Origin: Scyliorhinus canicula
Taxonomy: Eukaryota
Length of the DNA stretch: 64,000 nucleotides
NCBI RefSeq assembly: GCF_902713615.1
Contig: NC_052152.1
Span: forward strand, 51,497,810-51,561,809
Direction of reading: 5' to 3'
The position numbers and the translations under genes are program-made. Positions 13,365 through 27,614 of the stretch are shown here, piece by piece. The notes under the pieces are model-generated. The model did no database searches. It saw only the letters and a list, made by a program, of their open reading frames with translations, and had not been told where the DNA came from. Position 1 is the first letter of the stretch. Every line of letters begins with the position of its first letter.

Positions 13365-14490
13365 TGTAACTAGTAGAGTTGACCAGGGAGAACCGATGGA
13401 TGTGGTTTATTTACACTTCAGAAGGATTTCGATAAGGCCTCACATAGCAGAATACTCCGTAAAGTTAAAGCACATGGGATGTGGTAGTGTCCTGAGATGG
13501 ATAGAAAGCTAGTTAGCTCACAGGAAGCAAAAAGTTGGAATAAATTAGTCTTTTTTCGCTTGGTAGGCAGTGACTCATGGGATACCATTGGATCTGTGCT
13601 AGGACCCCAACTGTTCACATTATATATGAATGATTTGGACAAGGAAATTAAATGTATTATGTCCAAATTTGCAGATGAGACAAAGTTGGGTGGGAGGGCA
13701 AGCTGTGAGGATTAAGAGATGCTTCAGCAGGATTTGGATAAGCACAAATAGGAAGGCAGATTATTATTTCAATGGTGTAAATTGACAGAAGTGGATACTC
13801 AGCGAGAACTTGGTGACCTCATGCACCAGTCGCTGCAAGCGTGCACGCACAACAGGCAATAAAGGCGTCAAATGGTATGTTGTCCTTCATAGCGAAAGGA
13901 TTTGAGTATAGGAATAAATATGCTTTACTGCAATTGTATAGGGCATTGGTGAGGCCACACCTGGAGTATTGTGTGCAGTTTTGGTGTCTGTCTGAGGAAG
14001 GATGTTCTTGCCAAGGGGGGAACGCAGCAAAGGTTAACCAGGCTGATTCCTGGAATGGCGGGACTGTCATATGAGGAGAGACTAAATTGGTTAGGATTAT
14101 ATTACTTGGAGTTTAGAAGAGTGAGAGGGATCTCATAGAAACTTGATTAGCCACGGTAGATTCAGACAGAATTTTCTCAATAGTGCGAGAGTCCAGAACT
14201 AGGGGGCATAGTTTGAGGATAAGGGGTAAAACGTTTCAGCATTGAGGTGAGGAGAAATTTTCTTCACCCAGAGAGTGATGAATCTGTGGAATTCACGACA
14301 CAGAAAGTAGTTGAGGCCAAAATGTTGTAATTTCAAGAAGGAATTAGATGTAACTCTTGGGATTAAAGGGATTAAGATATATGGGAGGAAGGCGGGAATC
14401 AGGGTATTGAACTTTATGATCACCCTAATCATAATGAATGGTGGAGCAGGCTCGAAGTATCAATGATCCTCCTGCTTCTATTTTCTAAGT
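13365..14490 (+). mobile_element. CR1 RT and 3' UTR fragment
   Basis: GSVLGPQLFTLYMND, SKFADETKLGG, LYRALVRPHLEYCVQFW. Confidence 0.85.
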
Positions 14491-15329
14491 ATGTTTCTAC
14501 GTATATGGTTTATATGTATCACGAACAATAAGGGTCCTCGCACTGATCCCTGTGGAGCACCACTGAACACCAGGCTCCAGTCACAAACAGCTTCTTCTAC
14601 CACCACCCTGTGTCTCTTCCTACGAAGCAGGTTTTAGATCCAACTGCCAAGTTACCCTGGATCCCATGTCCTTAATCTTTTTTTATCGGTCTGCGATGTG
14701 GAACCTTGTCAAAGGCTATGCTGACATCCATATAAACGACATCAACTGCACTACCCTCATCCACACAGCCAATCATCTCCTCAAAAAATTCAATCAAATT
14801 TGTTAGGTATGACCTCCCTCTATCAAAGGCATGCTGACTATTCCTGATCACACCTTGCCTCTCCAAGTGGAGATTCAATTTCTCAATCAGAATGTTCTCT
14901 AGTTTCCCTACCACTGATATGAAACTCACTGGTCTGTAATCACCTGGTTTATCGCTACCACTCTTCTTGAAAAGTGGAACCACATTAGCTGCCCTTCAGT
15001 CCTCTGGTACCTCCCGTATGGCCAGAGAGGAACTAAGAATTTGGGTCAGAGCACCTGTAATTTCCTCCCTCGTCCCCCATAGCAGCCTTGGATACAACTA
15101 ATTCGCACCTAGGGATTTGTCCACTTTTAGGCCCGCCAAAACATCCTCACTCCCTACATCAATGATCAAGAACATCACAGACCCTCTCCCCGAAGTCTGT
15201 ACCTACAACCCTCCTTCTCCCAAGTGAAGACAGGTGTGAAGTACTTCCTTTAACCACCCTACCAATGTCCTCTGGTTCCACGCACAGATTGCCCCTTGGT
15301 CCCTAATGTACCCTACTCTTTTCCTGGTT

Positions 15330-16038
15330 TTTTTTTTATAAATGTTTTTTTATTGAGTTTCATATTTTATATATGACAATTACAAGTTATTAGAGAGAGA
15401 GAACAAAAAGGAAAAAAAGGAAAACACAAAAATTTAACATGAATATTTACAGGTAAGCATCTTCATAACAATAATTGTGGCCGCCCCCTTTAGCCAGCAA
15501 TACATATTTTACATTCCCCAATATGGCCGAGGCACATGTTTATAGGCATTTATTATAGGTTTGGTTTTGGGCCTTGGCTTGTCATCAAACCCCCATACCG
15601 AGCCCAGTATCTCCCCCCCCCCCCCCCCCCCCCCTCCCCCCGGCTACCTTCCCCCCGATTCCCGTCCATTTTCCCCTGTTCTTGGCCACCCGACTATTCT
15701 TCCTCATGTACGTTGGCCACAAACAGGTCCCGGAACAGTTGCATGAATGTCTCCCACGTATCTGTGGAGCCGTTCGTCCGAACCCTCGGATGGCGAATTT
15801 GATTTTCTCCATTTGGAGAGATTCCGAGAGGTCGGACACCAGTCTGCAGCTCTGTGTTTGCTGCTGACCGCCAGCCAAACAGGATTCTACGGCGGGCAAT
15901 CAGGGAGGCAAGGCCAAGGGCGTCCAGCCCTCCTCCCCAGGAATAGATCTGGCTGGTCTGAAACTCCGAAGACCGCCACTATCGGGCATGGCTCCACCCT
16001 CACCCCCACCACTTTGGACATAGCCTCGAAGAAGGCTG
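15330..16038 (-). mobile_element. Short L1 3' end (different subfamily) inserted in CR1
   Basis: Poly(T); ORF2 terminus similarity; flanking duplication CTCTT(T)TCCTGGTT. Confidence 0.8.
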
Positions 16039-16684
16039 CTCTTTCCTGGTTAACCTCTTCCCTTAATATACTTCTAGAATATTTTGGGATTCTCCCTAAT
16101 CCTACCAGCAGTGCTTATTCATGCCTCCTTTTGTTCACATCATTGCTTTCCTTAAGCTCCCCCCTTGCACATTCTGTATTCCACTAATACCTCCATTAAT
16201 TTGCTTCCTTTGAACCTGCTAAAAACCTCTCTTTTCATTCAGATCCAGTCCTGAATATTCCACAATGTCCAGTATTCTCAGGCTTGTTGTTCCCACATTT
16301 CACCCAATAGGGAATATGTTGGGGTGGTAATCTCCCCATTTCCTTTTGAACGCCACCCCCCTCCCCCCCACCCCACTACTCTGCTGTAGATCTTCCCACG
16401 AGATACTATTCCCTGTCTATCTTGGGAAGATTCTGCCTTATTTAGTAACATCTCCATTCCCCCAATCCGAAGTATTTTTACAGGACCATCGGTCTCCTTT
16501 TCAGTAATAAACTTAAATCGTACTGTAGTCGCTATTACTGAAATGTTGCCCCTCTGCCACCTCTCCATTCACCAGAATTAAATCCAGTACTACGCCTTCC
16601 CTTCTACATGTTGACATAAAAAGCTCTCCTGAATACATTTCAAGAAATCCGCCATCTCTAAACCCTTTTACACTATGACTATAA

Positions 16685-16990
16685 ATAATAATAATCTTTA
16701 TTGTCACAAGTAGGCTTACATTAACACTGCAATGAAGTTATTGTGAAAAGCCCCTCGTCGCACAATTCCGGCGTCTGTTCGGGTACACAGAGAGAATTCA
16801 GCATGTCCAATTCACCTAACAAGCACATCTTTCGGGGCTTGTGGGACGAAACCGGAGCACCCGGAAGAAACCCACGCAGACACAGGGGAATGTGCAGACT
16901 CCGCACAGACAGTGACTCAAGCCGGGAATCATACCTAGGAACCCTGGCGCTGTGAAGCAACAGTGCTGACCACTGTGCTACCATGCCGTC
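16685..16990 (-). mobile_element. V-SINE variant with attattatt tail
   Basis: Tail cagtaacttcattgcagtgttaatgtaagcctacttgtgacaataaagattattatt on the minus strand. Confidence 0.85.
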
Positions 16991-17278
16991 CCGTCCCAAT
17001 TAATGTTGGGGAAGTGGAAATCCCCTATATTATTATCCTATTAATATCATTTTTACACACCTCTGTGAATTGTCTACATATCTGCTCCTCTATTGCTCGC
17101 TGACTGTTTGGGAATCTATAGTACACTCCCAGAAATGGGACTACCCCCTTTGTTATTCCTAAGCTTTGCCCACAAAGGTTCATTTGAAAACCCTTCCAAG
17201 ATATTATCCCTTCTTACTGGAGTAATTGGCTTGTTAATTAATAATGCAGCACTATCTCCTCTTTTACACCTTCCCCTG

Positions 17279-17985
17279 TGTCACGAACCACGCTGATATT
17301 ATCTACCGAGGGTATCCCAACTTGGGACACCAGTTCGTTGGGGTGTATAGTTTTGCTTTTGGAATGGCGTGGGGAGTCAAGTGAAGCCTCAGTGAGAATA
17401 AGCAGCCCAGCCATCATGTAACAATTATTAAATACTATTTATTAAATTAAAGAAGACATATAGACATGAACAGGACTATGCTACGCAAAGATAATTACGT
17501 TTTTGTATTATTAAAACAGAGTTTATGTCAAATGTAGCCCTTCCAAATATATCTACAATTCTTGAATTCCTTAAGACTTCCCATTCCGCAAACAACATCC
17601 AAATTAAATAGATCTATAAGTCAAAACCAACTTATAGTTACCACACAATACAGAGAGATAATCAAGTCTGGGAAACGTTGTGTCCTGATCCAGCGAAGAT
17701 ATGTAACTGCTTTTACAAAGGTTTTCTGCATTGCCTTGGCTCTAAGACTTAAGAGGATGTTCGATATAAAACTGGCCTCCCTGATTCTGAGAGTGCTGGC
17801 AATTATACCATTTCTCTACTTTGATCCTGCATTCTGTGGATTTGGCTGTCAACCTCTATCAAATTCCTTAACACTGGAAATTAGCATGTGTATCTCACAT
17901 TGATCCCCCAATCATCTAGGTCAACTGTTTCTACTAATATGTGATTCACACCTGATTCTATCTAAATGCCTGCTAATCTCGTTAC
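17279..17985. mobile_element. Possible LTR-like insertion
   Basis: Starts TGTCACGA, ends TCGTTAC; follows a CR1 fragment; no clean TSD. Confidence 0.35.
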
Positions 17986-18254
17986 TGGGAAAGACACATC
18001 AACATCCGTCATTTTGAATACTGGCTACCCTGGTCTTTAGGCAGATTTCTACCTACTGCTGGGCCGATGGTATCTTATTTGTCTTGTTAAATTTGTGTTA
18101 CTGCTGTTACCAGGCAAATCCATGACACCCATTTCATATGAAGATCCTATACCCCGGAATGTTGAGTTGCCAGTCCTGACCTCCCTCAACCATCTCAGTG
18201 ATGGCAACAATATTACAATTCCACATATCAATCCATGTTTGAGTACAGAAGCAG

Positions 18255-18665
18255 GGATGTGTTGCTGCAATTATCAGGGCCTTGGTGAGGCCACACCTAA
18301 AATATTGTGTGCAGTTTTGGTCTCTTCTCTGAGGGAGGACGTTCTTGCTCTCAAGGAGTGCAGCGAAGGTTTTCTTGACTGATTCCAGGGACTGTCACAT
18401 GAGGAGAGATTGACTGCGGATTGTTCTCACTGGAGTTCAGAAGAATGAGGGGGGATTTCATAGAGACTTATAAACTTCTAACAGGGCTAGACATAATAGA
18501 TGCAGGGAAGATTTTCCCAATGATGGGGTATCAGAACCAGGTGTCACAGTCTGAGGATTCAGGGTAAACCAGAGATGAGGAGACATTTCTTCACCCAAAG
18601 AGTAGTGAGCCTGTGGAAATTCATTACCACAGGAAGTAGTTGATGCTCAAACATTGAATATATTA
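18255..18665 (+). mobile_element. CR1 3' fragment
   Basis: LVRPHLKYCVQFWS-like coding sequence. Confidence 0.7.
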
Positions 18666-19090
18666 TATTAGGAGGAGAGCTTGTGGGAAGAGATGGAGGA
18701 CGGCTTATGGGCGGACGCGTTGAGCAGAGTCAATGCGACCACTACGTGCGCAAGGCGGTCCACCGGGCCCACGTGGACAGTGGCCCGGATGAGTAGATTC
18801 TTTGGGGTGGAGGACAGATGTGTAAAATGTGCAGGAAGACCAGCGAACCATGTCCATATGTTCTGGGCGTGTCCAAAACTTCAGGGATATTGGCTGGGGT
18901 TTGCAGGCTTTATGTCCACTGTATTCAAAACAACAGTGCAATGAGTTCAGGGGTAGCAATTTTTGGGGGTGTCGGAAGATCGGGAGTCCAGGAGGAGAAA
19001 GAGGCAGATGTTCCAGCCTTTGCCTCCCTTGTAGTCCGGAGACGGATTATTAGCTTGGAAGGACTCAAAGCCCCCAAGGTCGGAGGCCAG

Positions 19091-22000
19091 GGGTGCAATT
19101 CCCCGACCCCCACGCCGGGTGGGAGAATTGTGGGAGTGCCGGGCGATTCCCTCCACGCCGCCCTGGCACCGCACGCGATTCTCCCACGACACCCCCCAAA
19201 ATGGCGTGCTGCGTTTCACGACAGGCCGTTCAGAGAATCGCTGCTCGCCATTTCTTTTTTTTTTTAAATAATTTTTATTGAGAAATTTTGAATTTATACA
19301 ACAATAACGCACCTTAGTAAAATACCGAAAATAACAATAATATTAAACAATCATATACATTCGCCCCATCCCCATGAACAACCCAGCATTTTAACAACAA
19401 CGCAAATTAACACACTATAAAGTACAGAATAAACACTACAATAATGCACCCCCCGGGTTGCTGCTGCTATTGACCCAGTTACCTATCTCTGAGCCAGGAA
19501 GTCCAGAAAAGGCTGCCATCGTTTATAGAACCCTTGTATTGATCCTATCAGGGCAAATTTGACCTTTTCCAATTTTATAAATACCGCCATGTCACTGATC
19601 CAGGTCTCCACGCTTGGGGGCCTTGCATCCTTCCATTGTAACAGAATCCTTCGACGGGCTACTAGGGACGCAAAGGCCAGGACACCGGCCTCTTTCGCCT
19701 CCTGCACTCCCGGCTCCACCCCAACCCCCAAAAATCGCGAGTCGCCACCCTGGTTTGACCCTGGATCCAACCACCCTCGACACCGTCCCCGCCACCCCCT
19801 TCCAGAATTCTTCCAGTGCTGGGCATGCCCAGAACATATGGGCGTGGTTCGCAGGACTCCCCGAACATCTGGTGCACCTGTCCTCACCCCCGAAGAACCT
19901 ACTCATCCTAGGTCCCGGACATATGGGCCCGGTGCAGCACCTTAAATTGGATGAGACCTAAGCCTCGTACATGAGGAGGAGTTGACTCTCTCCAAGGCCT
20001 CCGCCCAAGTCCCGTCCTCTATCTGCTCCCCGAGTTCCTCCTCCCATTTAGCCTTCAGCTCCTCCACTGACGACTCCTCCACCTCCTGTATTACCTTATA
20101 GATGTCAGACACCCTTCCCCTCTCCTACCCCACACCCCCGAAAGCACTCTGTCCATCGTCCCCTGCGAGGGCAGCAAAGGGAATCCCTCTACCTGTCGCC
20201 TAGCAAACGCCTTTACCTGCAGGTATCTGAACATGTTCCCCTGGGGAAGGCCAAATTTATCTTCCAGTTCCCCCAGGCCCGCAAACCTCCCGCCAATAAA
20301 CAGGTCCCTCAATTTGCTGATGCCCGCCCTTTGCCATCCCCTGAATCCCCCATCCGTGTTCCCCGGGATGAACCGATGGTTGCCACCCAGTGGAGCCTCC
20401 ATCGAGCCCCCTGTTTCCCCCCGATGCCGTCTCCACTGTCCCCAGATTCTTAGGGTCGCCGCCACCACCGGGCTCGTGGTAACCCTCTTGGGGGAGAGCG
20501 GCAATGGTGCCGTTACCATGGCACCCAGGCTTGTACCTCTACATGACGCCATCTCCATTCTTTTCCACGCCACCCCTCCCCCCTCCATCACCCATTTACG
20601 CACCATTGACACATTGGCTGCCCAATAGTACCCCAGAAGGTTGGGCAGCGCCAGCCCGCCTCTATCCCTTCCTCGCTCCAGGAATACCCTCCTCACTCTC
20701 GGAGTCCCATGTGCCCACCACAAAGCTCAGAATACTGCCGGTCACTCTCCTAAAGAAGGCCCTGGGGATAAATATGGGCAGGCACTGAAAAAGGAACAAG
20801 AACCTCGGAAGCACTGTCATTTTGACGGACTGCACCCTCCCCGCCAACGACAATGGCAGCATGTCCCACCTCCTGAACTCCTCCTCCATCTGATCTACCA
20901 GTCTGGCAAAGTTATGCTTGTGGAGAGTCCCCAGTCCCTGGCCACTTGCACCCCCAGGTACCATAAAGCTCTCCCCTACCGCCTAAGCGGGAGCCTACCA
21001 ATTCCTTCCTCCTGGTCTCCAGGGTGCACCACAAACACCTCGCTCTTGCCTAAGTTTAATTTATAACCTGAGAAGGTCCCAAACTCGGCTAGTAACTCCA
21101 TCACTCCCGGCATCCCTCCCACCGGGTCCGCCACATACAGTAACAGGTCGTCGGCATACAACGACACCCTATGTTCCTCTCCACCTCGCACCAAGCCTCT
21201 CCACCTCTCTGAATCTCTCAATGCCATCGCCAGCGGCTCGATTGCCAGTGCAAACAACAAGGGGGACAAGGGGCAACCCTGCCTGGTCCCTCGGTAAAGC
21301 CGGAAGTACTCCGACCTTCTCCTATTCGTGGCCACGCACGCCATCGGAGCCTCATATAGCAGCCTTACCCATCTAATGAACCCTTCACCAAATCCAAACC
21401 TCCCCAACACCTCCCATAGGTACCCCCACTCCACTCTATCGAAGGCCTTCTCCGCATCCAGCGCCACCACTATCTCTGCCTCCCCCTCAATCGCCGGCAT
21501 CATAATGACATTCAGCAATCTCCGCACATTCGTGTTCAGCTGCCTTCCCTTCACAAAACCTGTCTGGTCCTCATGCACAACCCCTGGCACACAGTCCTCT
21601 ATCCTGGTGGCCAGGATTTTTGCCAGCACCTTAGCATCCACGTTGAGGAGAGATATGGGCCTGTATGACCCACACTGCTGGGGGTCCTTGTCCTTCTTTA
21701 AAATTAACGAGATCAGCGCCCGTGACATCGTCGGGGGCAAAGTCCCCCCTTCCCACGCTTCGTTGAGTGTCCGCACCAGCAAGGGGCCCACTAGGTCCAC
21801 GAACTTTTTATAAAATTCCACCGGGAACCCATCCGGCCCCGGTGCCTTCCCTGACTGCATCTGCCCGATCCCCTTAACTAGCTCCTCCAGCTCAATCGGC
21901 GCACCCAGCCCCTCCACCTTCTCCTCCTGCACCTTCGGGAAAGAAAGCCTGTCAAGGAACCTCTCCATTCCCCTCCTCTCCCCCGTTGGCTCCGACTGGT

Positions 22001-22985
22001 ACAGTTCCCCGTAAAAGTCCTTGAAGAACTCATTCACCTCTACCCCCTTCCGCACCACATTCCCACTCTTGTCTCTCACTCCAGCAATCTCCTTAGCCGC
22101 ATCCCGCTTACGGAGCTGATGAGCCAGCATCCTACTCGCCTTTTCACCATGTTCGTACACTGCCCCTTGTGCCTTCCTCCACTGTGCCTCAGCCTTTCTA
22201 GTGGTCAGCAAATCAAATTTAGCCTGCAGGCTGCGCCTCTCCCCCAACAGTCCCTCCTCTGGTGCCTCTGCATACCTCCTGTCCACCTCCAGCATCTTCC
22301 CCACCAGTCTTTCCCTCTCGCTCCTCTCCCTGTGTGCCCGGATGGATATCAGCTCCCCACGAATTACTGCCTTCAGGGCTTCCCAGACCATCCCCACCTG
22401 AACCTGCTCGCCATTTCTAACGGTCGAGCGCCGATTCTCCGGCCCGGATGAGCCGAGCGGCCTGCCCAATCCGACGGTTTCACGGCGGTGCCAACCACAC
22501 CTGGTCGCTGGCGGTATGAAAAGCGCGCGAACGCTGAGTGTGCGGCCTGTGTGTGGGGTGGGGGGGGGATCGAGCACCAGAGGGGCGCTCAGTAGGGGTC
22601 TGGCCCGCGATCGGTGCCCACCGATCGGCGGGCCGGCGTCTCTAAAGGACGCACTCTTTTCCTCCACCGCCCCGCAAGATCAAATCCTCTACGTCTTGCA
22701 GGATGCCCGCGGGCGGAGGACGGCAACCGCGCATGCGCGGGTTTGGCGCCGGCCAACCTGCACATGCGCAGGTGACGTCATGTACGCGCCGCCGGACCGC
22801 GTAATTTACGCGGCGCCACTTTGACGTGGCGCCAAGGCCCTGCGGGCGTAATTGACGCGGCGCCACTCCTAGCCCCCTGGGGATGGGAGAATAGGGGACG
22901 AGGAGCGGCCTCCGACGCCGGAGTGAAACACTCCGGTTTTCACTCCGGCGTTGGCACAGTCCTCCCGATGGGAGGAATTCCGCCC
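19091..22985. mobile_element. GC-rich PIF/Harbinger-type MITE split by an L1
   Basis: GGGTGCAATTCC...GGAATTCCGCCC; flanks CAG/CTG. Confidence 0.75.
19256..22403 (-). mobile_element. 5'-truncated L1 containing the RT domain
   Basis: ORF 20976-22667 has KAPGPDG, YRPISLLN, GTRQGCPLSP, LYADD; poly(T) at left; 15-bp TSD CTGCTCGCCATTTCT. Confidence 0.95.
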
Positions 22986-23469
22986 CTGGTTAACCCAACA
23001 TGGCGAGCTTTCTCGGCCTGGAGAAGATTATGTTCACCTTGAGAGGGTCAGTATTAGGGTCGCCCGGAGATGAACATTCATCGACTATTTGCAGAGAATT
23101 AATCATCAGCGCGGGGGGGGGGCTAGTGTAGCATAGAATAGGGGGTTAAATAGGACGAGTCGGTGTTTATTGTTCTTTGTACACTGTTTTATACTGTTGT
23201 TATTTGTAATGCCACAAAGAATATCTCATTAAAATTGTTTTTTTTTATAAAAACATTGAATATATTAAAAGAGGCAGCTAGATATAGCACTTGGGGAAAA
23301 TGGGATCAAAGGCAAGAGGGAGAAAGCAGGATTAGGCTATTGAGTTGGATGATCAGCCATGCTCGTGACGAATGGCGGAGCAGGCTCGAAGGGCCAAAAG
23401 GCCTCCTCTGCTCCTATCTTCTATGTATCTATGCCCATAAACTCATCCGTCTTACTCCAATGCTCCGGG

Positions 23470-23815
23470 CAACAGGGTAGCATTGTGGATAGCACAATCG
23501 CTTCCACAGCTCCAGGGTCCCAGGTTCGATTCCGGCTTGGAGTCAATGTCTGTGCGGAGTCTGCACATCCTCCCCGTGTGCGTGGGTTTCCACCGGGTGC
23601 TCCGGTTTCCTCCCACAGTCCAAAGATGTGCAAGTTAGGTGGATTGGCCATGCTAATTGGCCCTTAGTGTCCAAAATTGCCCTTAGTGTTGGGTGGGGTT
23701 TACTGGGTTATGGGGATAGGGTGGAGGTGTTGACCTTGGGTAGGGTGCTCTTTCCAAGAGCCGGTGCAGACTCGATGGGCCGAATGGCCTCCTTCTGCAC
23801 TGTAAATTCTATGTA
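23470..23815 (+). mobile_element. HE1/V-SINE-like SINE
   Basis: Full length. Confidence 0.85.
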
Positions 23816-24931
23816 AATTAAAGTTGAGGCAATCCAGCCTCACCCGACTCTCTTGGAACTCAACATGGTTGAACTCCCTCTATGTTCCTCTACTATAGTA
23901 TGTGGTTTGCCTATTGTACTAACACGCTCTGTCCCTTTCCACTGCAGGACCAATTTAAATTCCACCCAACAACACTAGCAAATCCAACCTCAAGGATGTT
24001 GGTCCCATTCCGATTCAGATGCACTTCATCCCGTTTGTACAGAAACGGTCACAGCGATCCAGGAATTGAAAACCCTCTCTCCTACTCCTACACCAATTCA
24101 TGAGCCACACATTCATCTGCCTTTCTGTACTTGCTGGTACATGGCATCAGGTGTAATCCAAAGAGTACACCTTTGAAGTCCGCTTTTTAATCTGCTGCCT
24201 AGCACCATGAATTCTTGATGCTAGACTTCATCCTTCGTTCTTTCTATATCATCAGCAACAACATGTCCACAATCTCTGATTTTCCACTCTCCCTATCTAG
24301 TCTATACTGAGACATTGTCAAAACATTCCTGGCGTCAGGTCCCACAATGTCACGCTGGCGGGGTGGACTCATTGCCAGGAACACAATCCCTGAGAGATCA
24401 GGGGACCTTTTGAAAACAATAAAAGAAACACATATAGATCCCCCCACAGACTAAGGGCCTCCCTTCTCCAGACACCACAGTCAACGGGATCCCTCACCCA
24501 CAGACACATAACCCCCCCCCCCCCCCGATCCAACCCCCCACCTTCCGCAGGAAACCTGCCACCCCGATCCTTCCCAATAGAAGCCCCCAGCAGTGCCATG
24601 GTATTACCCCAGCAAGCTCCCCCTGGGGGTTATACTTACCTGTGCGGCTCCGGCAGGGACCATTCGCCAGGTCCCTATTTGTCCAGACCTGCTGTAAAAA
24701 CCCCGCCAACATTCTGTTGGCAGGGGGAGAATTCCTTATGTGGCGGAATAATACAGCAGGGAAGATCGCTAATGATATTTAAATGTATGGTATTGGGTTC
24801 CCAACATTTCATGGCAGGAGTCCCATTACAATATTGGTGGGTGCCAGGTAAATGACAATGGGGAATCCCGCAGGTGTAAAAGCTGCTTGGGCAGTTGGAA
24901 AGGTGAAATATTCTATTCCCTTTCCTAATTC

Positions 24932-25207
24932 ATAGAATTTACAGTGCAGAAGGCCATTCGGCCCTTCAAGTCTGCACCTGCTCTTGGATAGAGCACCCTA
25001 CCCAAGGTCAACACCTCCACCCTATCTCCATAACCCCACCCAACACTTTTTGGACACTAAGGGCAATTTATCATGGCAATCCACCCAACCTGCACATCTT
25101 TGGACTGTGGGACGGAACCGGAGCACCCGGAGGAAACCCACGCACACACGGGGAGGATGTGCAGACTCCGCACAGACAGTGACCCAAGCTGGAATCGAAC
25201 CTGGGAC
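24932..25207 (-). mobile_element. HE1/V-SINE-like SINE, head truncated
   Basis: Core and tail. Confidence 0.8.
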
Positions 25208-25278
25208 CAATTACAGTCCAATTACTTGCTGTGCCTGCATACTAATTTTTTGTGATTCATGCACCAAAACATCCAGAA

Positions 25279-25488
25279 CTGGTTTAGCTCAGTTGGCTGG
25301 ACAGTTGGTTCATGATGCAGCGAGGCCAACAGCGCAGGTTCAATTCCCGTAACGGCTGAGGTTATTCATGAATTATCAATCTTGCCTCTCACCTGAGATG
25401 TGGTGATTCTCAGGTTAAATCACCACCCGTCAGCTCTCGCCCTCAAGGGGAAAGCAGACTATGAATCACCTAGGACTATCGCAACTTT
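25279..25488 (+). mobile_element. Second tRNA-derived SINE family
   Basis: A box tagctcagttgg and B box ggttcaattcc; an antisense copy at about 2165-2244 + 3377-3528 is split by the hAT element. Confidence 0.7.
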
Positions 25489-25509
25489 ACATCTTGTACC
25501 GAGCTGAGG

Positions 25510-26400
25510 TCCAGCAAAGACTCCTGTAGGGAGCATGCCTACTCCCTGCTTCCTATTAGTCACTCAATCTTCTACCCATACCAATATGTTATCTCTATAC
25601 CATGAACGTTTATTTTCTGCAATAACCTTTGATGTGCCACTTTATCAAATGTCTTCTCAAAATCTAACTGCTGTCTGTCCACCAGTTCCCCTTCATCCAC
25701 AGCACATGCTACTTCATCAAAGAACTCCAGTTCATCCTCGGTCAACCATCCTAAGTTGGTTAAGCATGATTTCACTTCCACAAAACCCTGTTAACTCTGC
25801 TTGATTACCTTGAACTTTTCCAAGTGTCCTTTTATAACTTCTTTAATAAGAGCTCATAATATTTTTCCTGGAACAGATGTTAAGCTAACTAGCCTGTAGT
25901 TTCCTGCTTTCTGTCTCCATTCTTTTTGAATATCAGAATTTACTATGTTCTAATCTAATGGAACCGTTCCCTCATCTAGGGAGGATCTGAAATTTAAACC
26001 CACATCAACTATCTATTGTTGGTGGCATGGTAGCACAGTGGTTAGCACTGTTGCATCGCAGCTCCAGGGTCCCAGGTTCGATTCCGGCTTGGGTCACTGT
26101 CTGTGCGCAGTTTGCATGTTCTCCCCGTGTCTGTGTAGGTTTCCTCCGGGCTGCTCGGTTTCCTCCCACAGTCCAAAGATTTGCACGATAGGTGGATTGG
26201 CCATGCTACATTGCCCTTAGTGTCAAAAAGGTTAGGTGTGGTTAATGGGTTACGGGGAGGTGTGGGCTTAAGTAGGGTGCTCTTTCCAAGGGCCGGTGCA
26301 GACTCGATGAGCCAAATGGCCTCTTTCTGCACGGCAGATTCTATGATTCTATCTCACTAGCCACTTCTTTTAAGACCCTAAGATGAACTGTATCAGGACT
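25510..26400 (-). mobile_element. CR1 RT fragment interrupted by SINE
   Basis: KSCLTNL...DFEKTFDKVAH. Confidence 0.7.
26023..26348 (+). mobile_element. HE1/V-SINE-like SINE
   Basis: Full length, inside CR1. Confidence 0.85.
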
Positions 26401-26864
26401 TGAGCACTTATCAGCCCCCAGGCCACAGTGTGGAAAAGAAAATTGACCGAAAGATGGCTAAGTGCCTCGACAGGTTGGTCACCACTCCACCTTCCTCTCC
26501 ATGAAGTATGGGATGATTCAATACAGTTTGGCAGAGGAATAGGATGAACTTCACCAATTAATACCAGCAGACAGGTATCAGTTTAAAATGACAAGTGCTC
26601 AACAACTGAACTATATACTCCCTGCTTTCTATTCTCTAGCTCAATAAAGTGGAGTTCGACAAATTAATTTTCACCTTCCAATTGTTGGATTTCCTGCGAA
26701 AGAAGGTCGACCAACAGTTGAAAATCTAGAATGTGGGGTATTGGACTTGAACCTCATATTGAACATCCAAGACCCAACTGGTTTAGTTTACAAGCTAACC
26801 TGCAAATAGGAACACAGCATGGCTACCTACACAGGAGGTGGTCATTTTACAATCTGGCGATCAG

Positions 26865-27614
26865 GGGCAGTATTCTCCCCTACCGGCGGGGCGGGGGGGT
26901 CCCGGCGTACCAGAGTAGCGCCAACTATTCTGGCGTTGGGCCTCCCCAAAGGTGCAGAATTCTCCGCATCTTTAGGGGCTAGGCCCGCGCCGGAGGGGTT
27001 GGAGCCCCGCCGACCGGCGCGAGCGCCCTTTGGCTCCCCGCCGGCCGCCACGAACGGCCTTTCCGCCCCGGCAGCCGGCTGCGAACGGCTGGCCGAAAGT
27101 CCTTCGCCGGCCGGCGTGAGGCCGCGCATGTGCCAGAGAGTCAGCGGCCGCTGACATCATCCCGGCACATGCGTGGTACGGGGGGTCTCTTCCGCCTCCG
27201 CCATGGTGGAGGCCGTGGCAGCGGCGGAAGAAGAAAAAAAAAAGAGTGCCCGCACGGCACTGGCTCGCCCGCCGACGGTGGGCCCCGATCGCGGGCCAGG
27301 CCACTGTGGGGGCACCCCCCGGGGTCCGGTCGGCCCGCGCCCCCCCCAGGACCCCGGGCCTGCTCGCGCCCACCCGCTCCCGCCGGCACCAGAGGTGGTT
27401 CAAACCACGTCGGCGGGAGAGGCCTGACAGCGGCGGGACTTGGGACCATCGCGGGTTGGAGAATCGCTGCGGGGGGCCCACCGACCGGCGCGGCGTGATT
27501 CCCGCTCCCGCCGATTCCCGGGTGGCGGAGAATTACGGCCACAGATGGGGCAGGATTTACGAAGGCTCCAGGTGATTCCCCCACCCTGCAGGGGGGGTCG
27601 GAGAATTCTGCCCC
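26865..27614. mobile_element. GC-rich PIF/Harbinger-type MITE
   Basis: GGGCAGTATTCTC...GAGAATTCTGCCC; TSD CAG. Confidence 0.85.

Larger units (their letters stand above)
14530..17276 (-). mobile_element. CR1 ORF2 fragment interrupted by L1 and SINE
   Basis: PGDYRPVSF...SQHAF..GRSYLTNLIEFFE...AFDKVPH. Confidence 0.8.
18670..23165 (+). mobile_element. Old L1 fragment (18670-19090 and 22986-23165) split by a MITE
   Basis: CVKC...HVHMFWAC before the MITE; the ORF2 terminus and 3' UTR resume after it. Confidence 0.75.

Noticed and set aside
12780-14490. Twin-primed inverted CR1
   Set aside because: Both halves include their own 3' regions, so they are two independent head-to-head copies.
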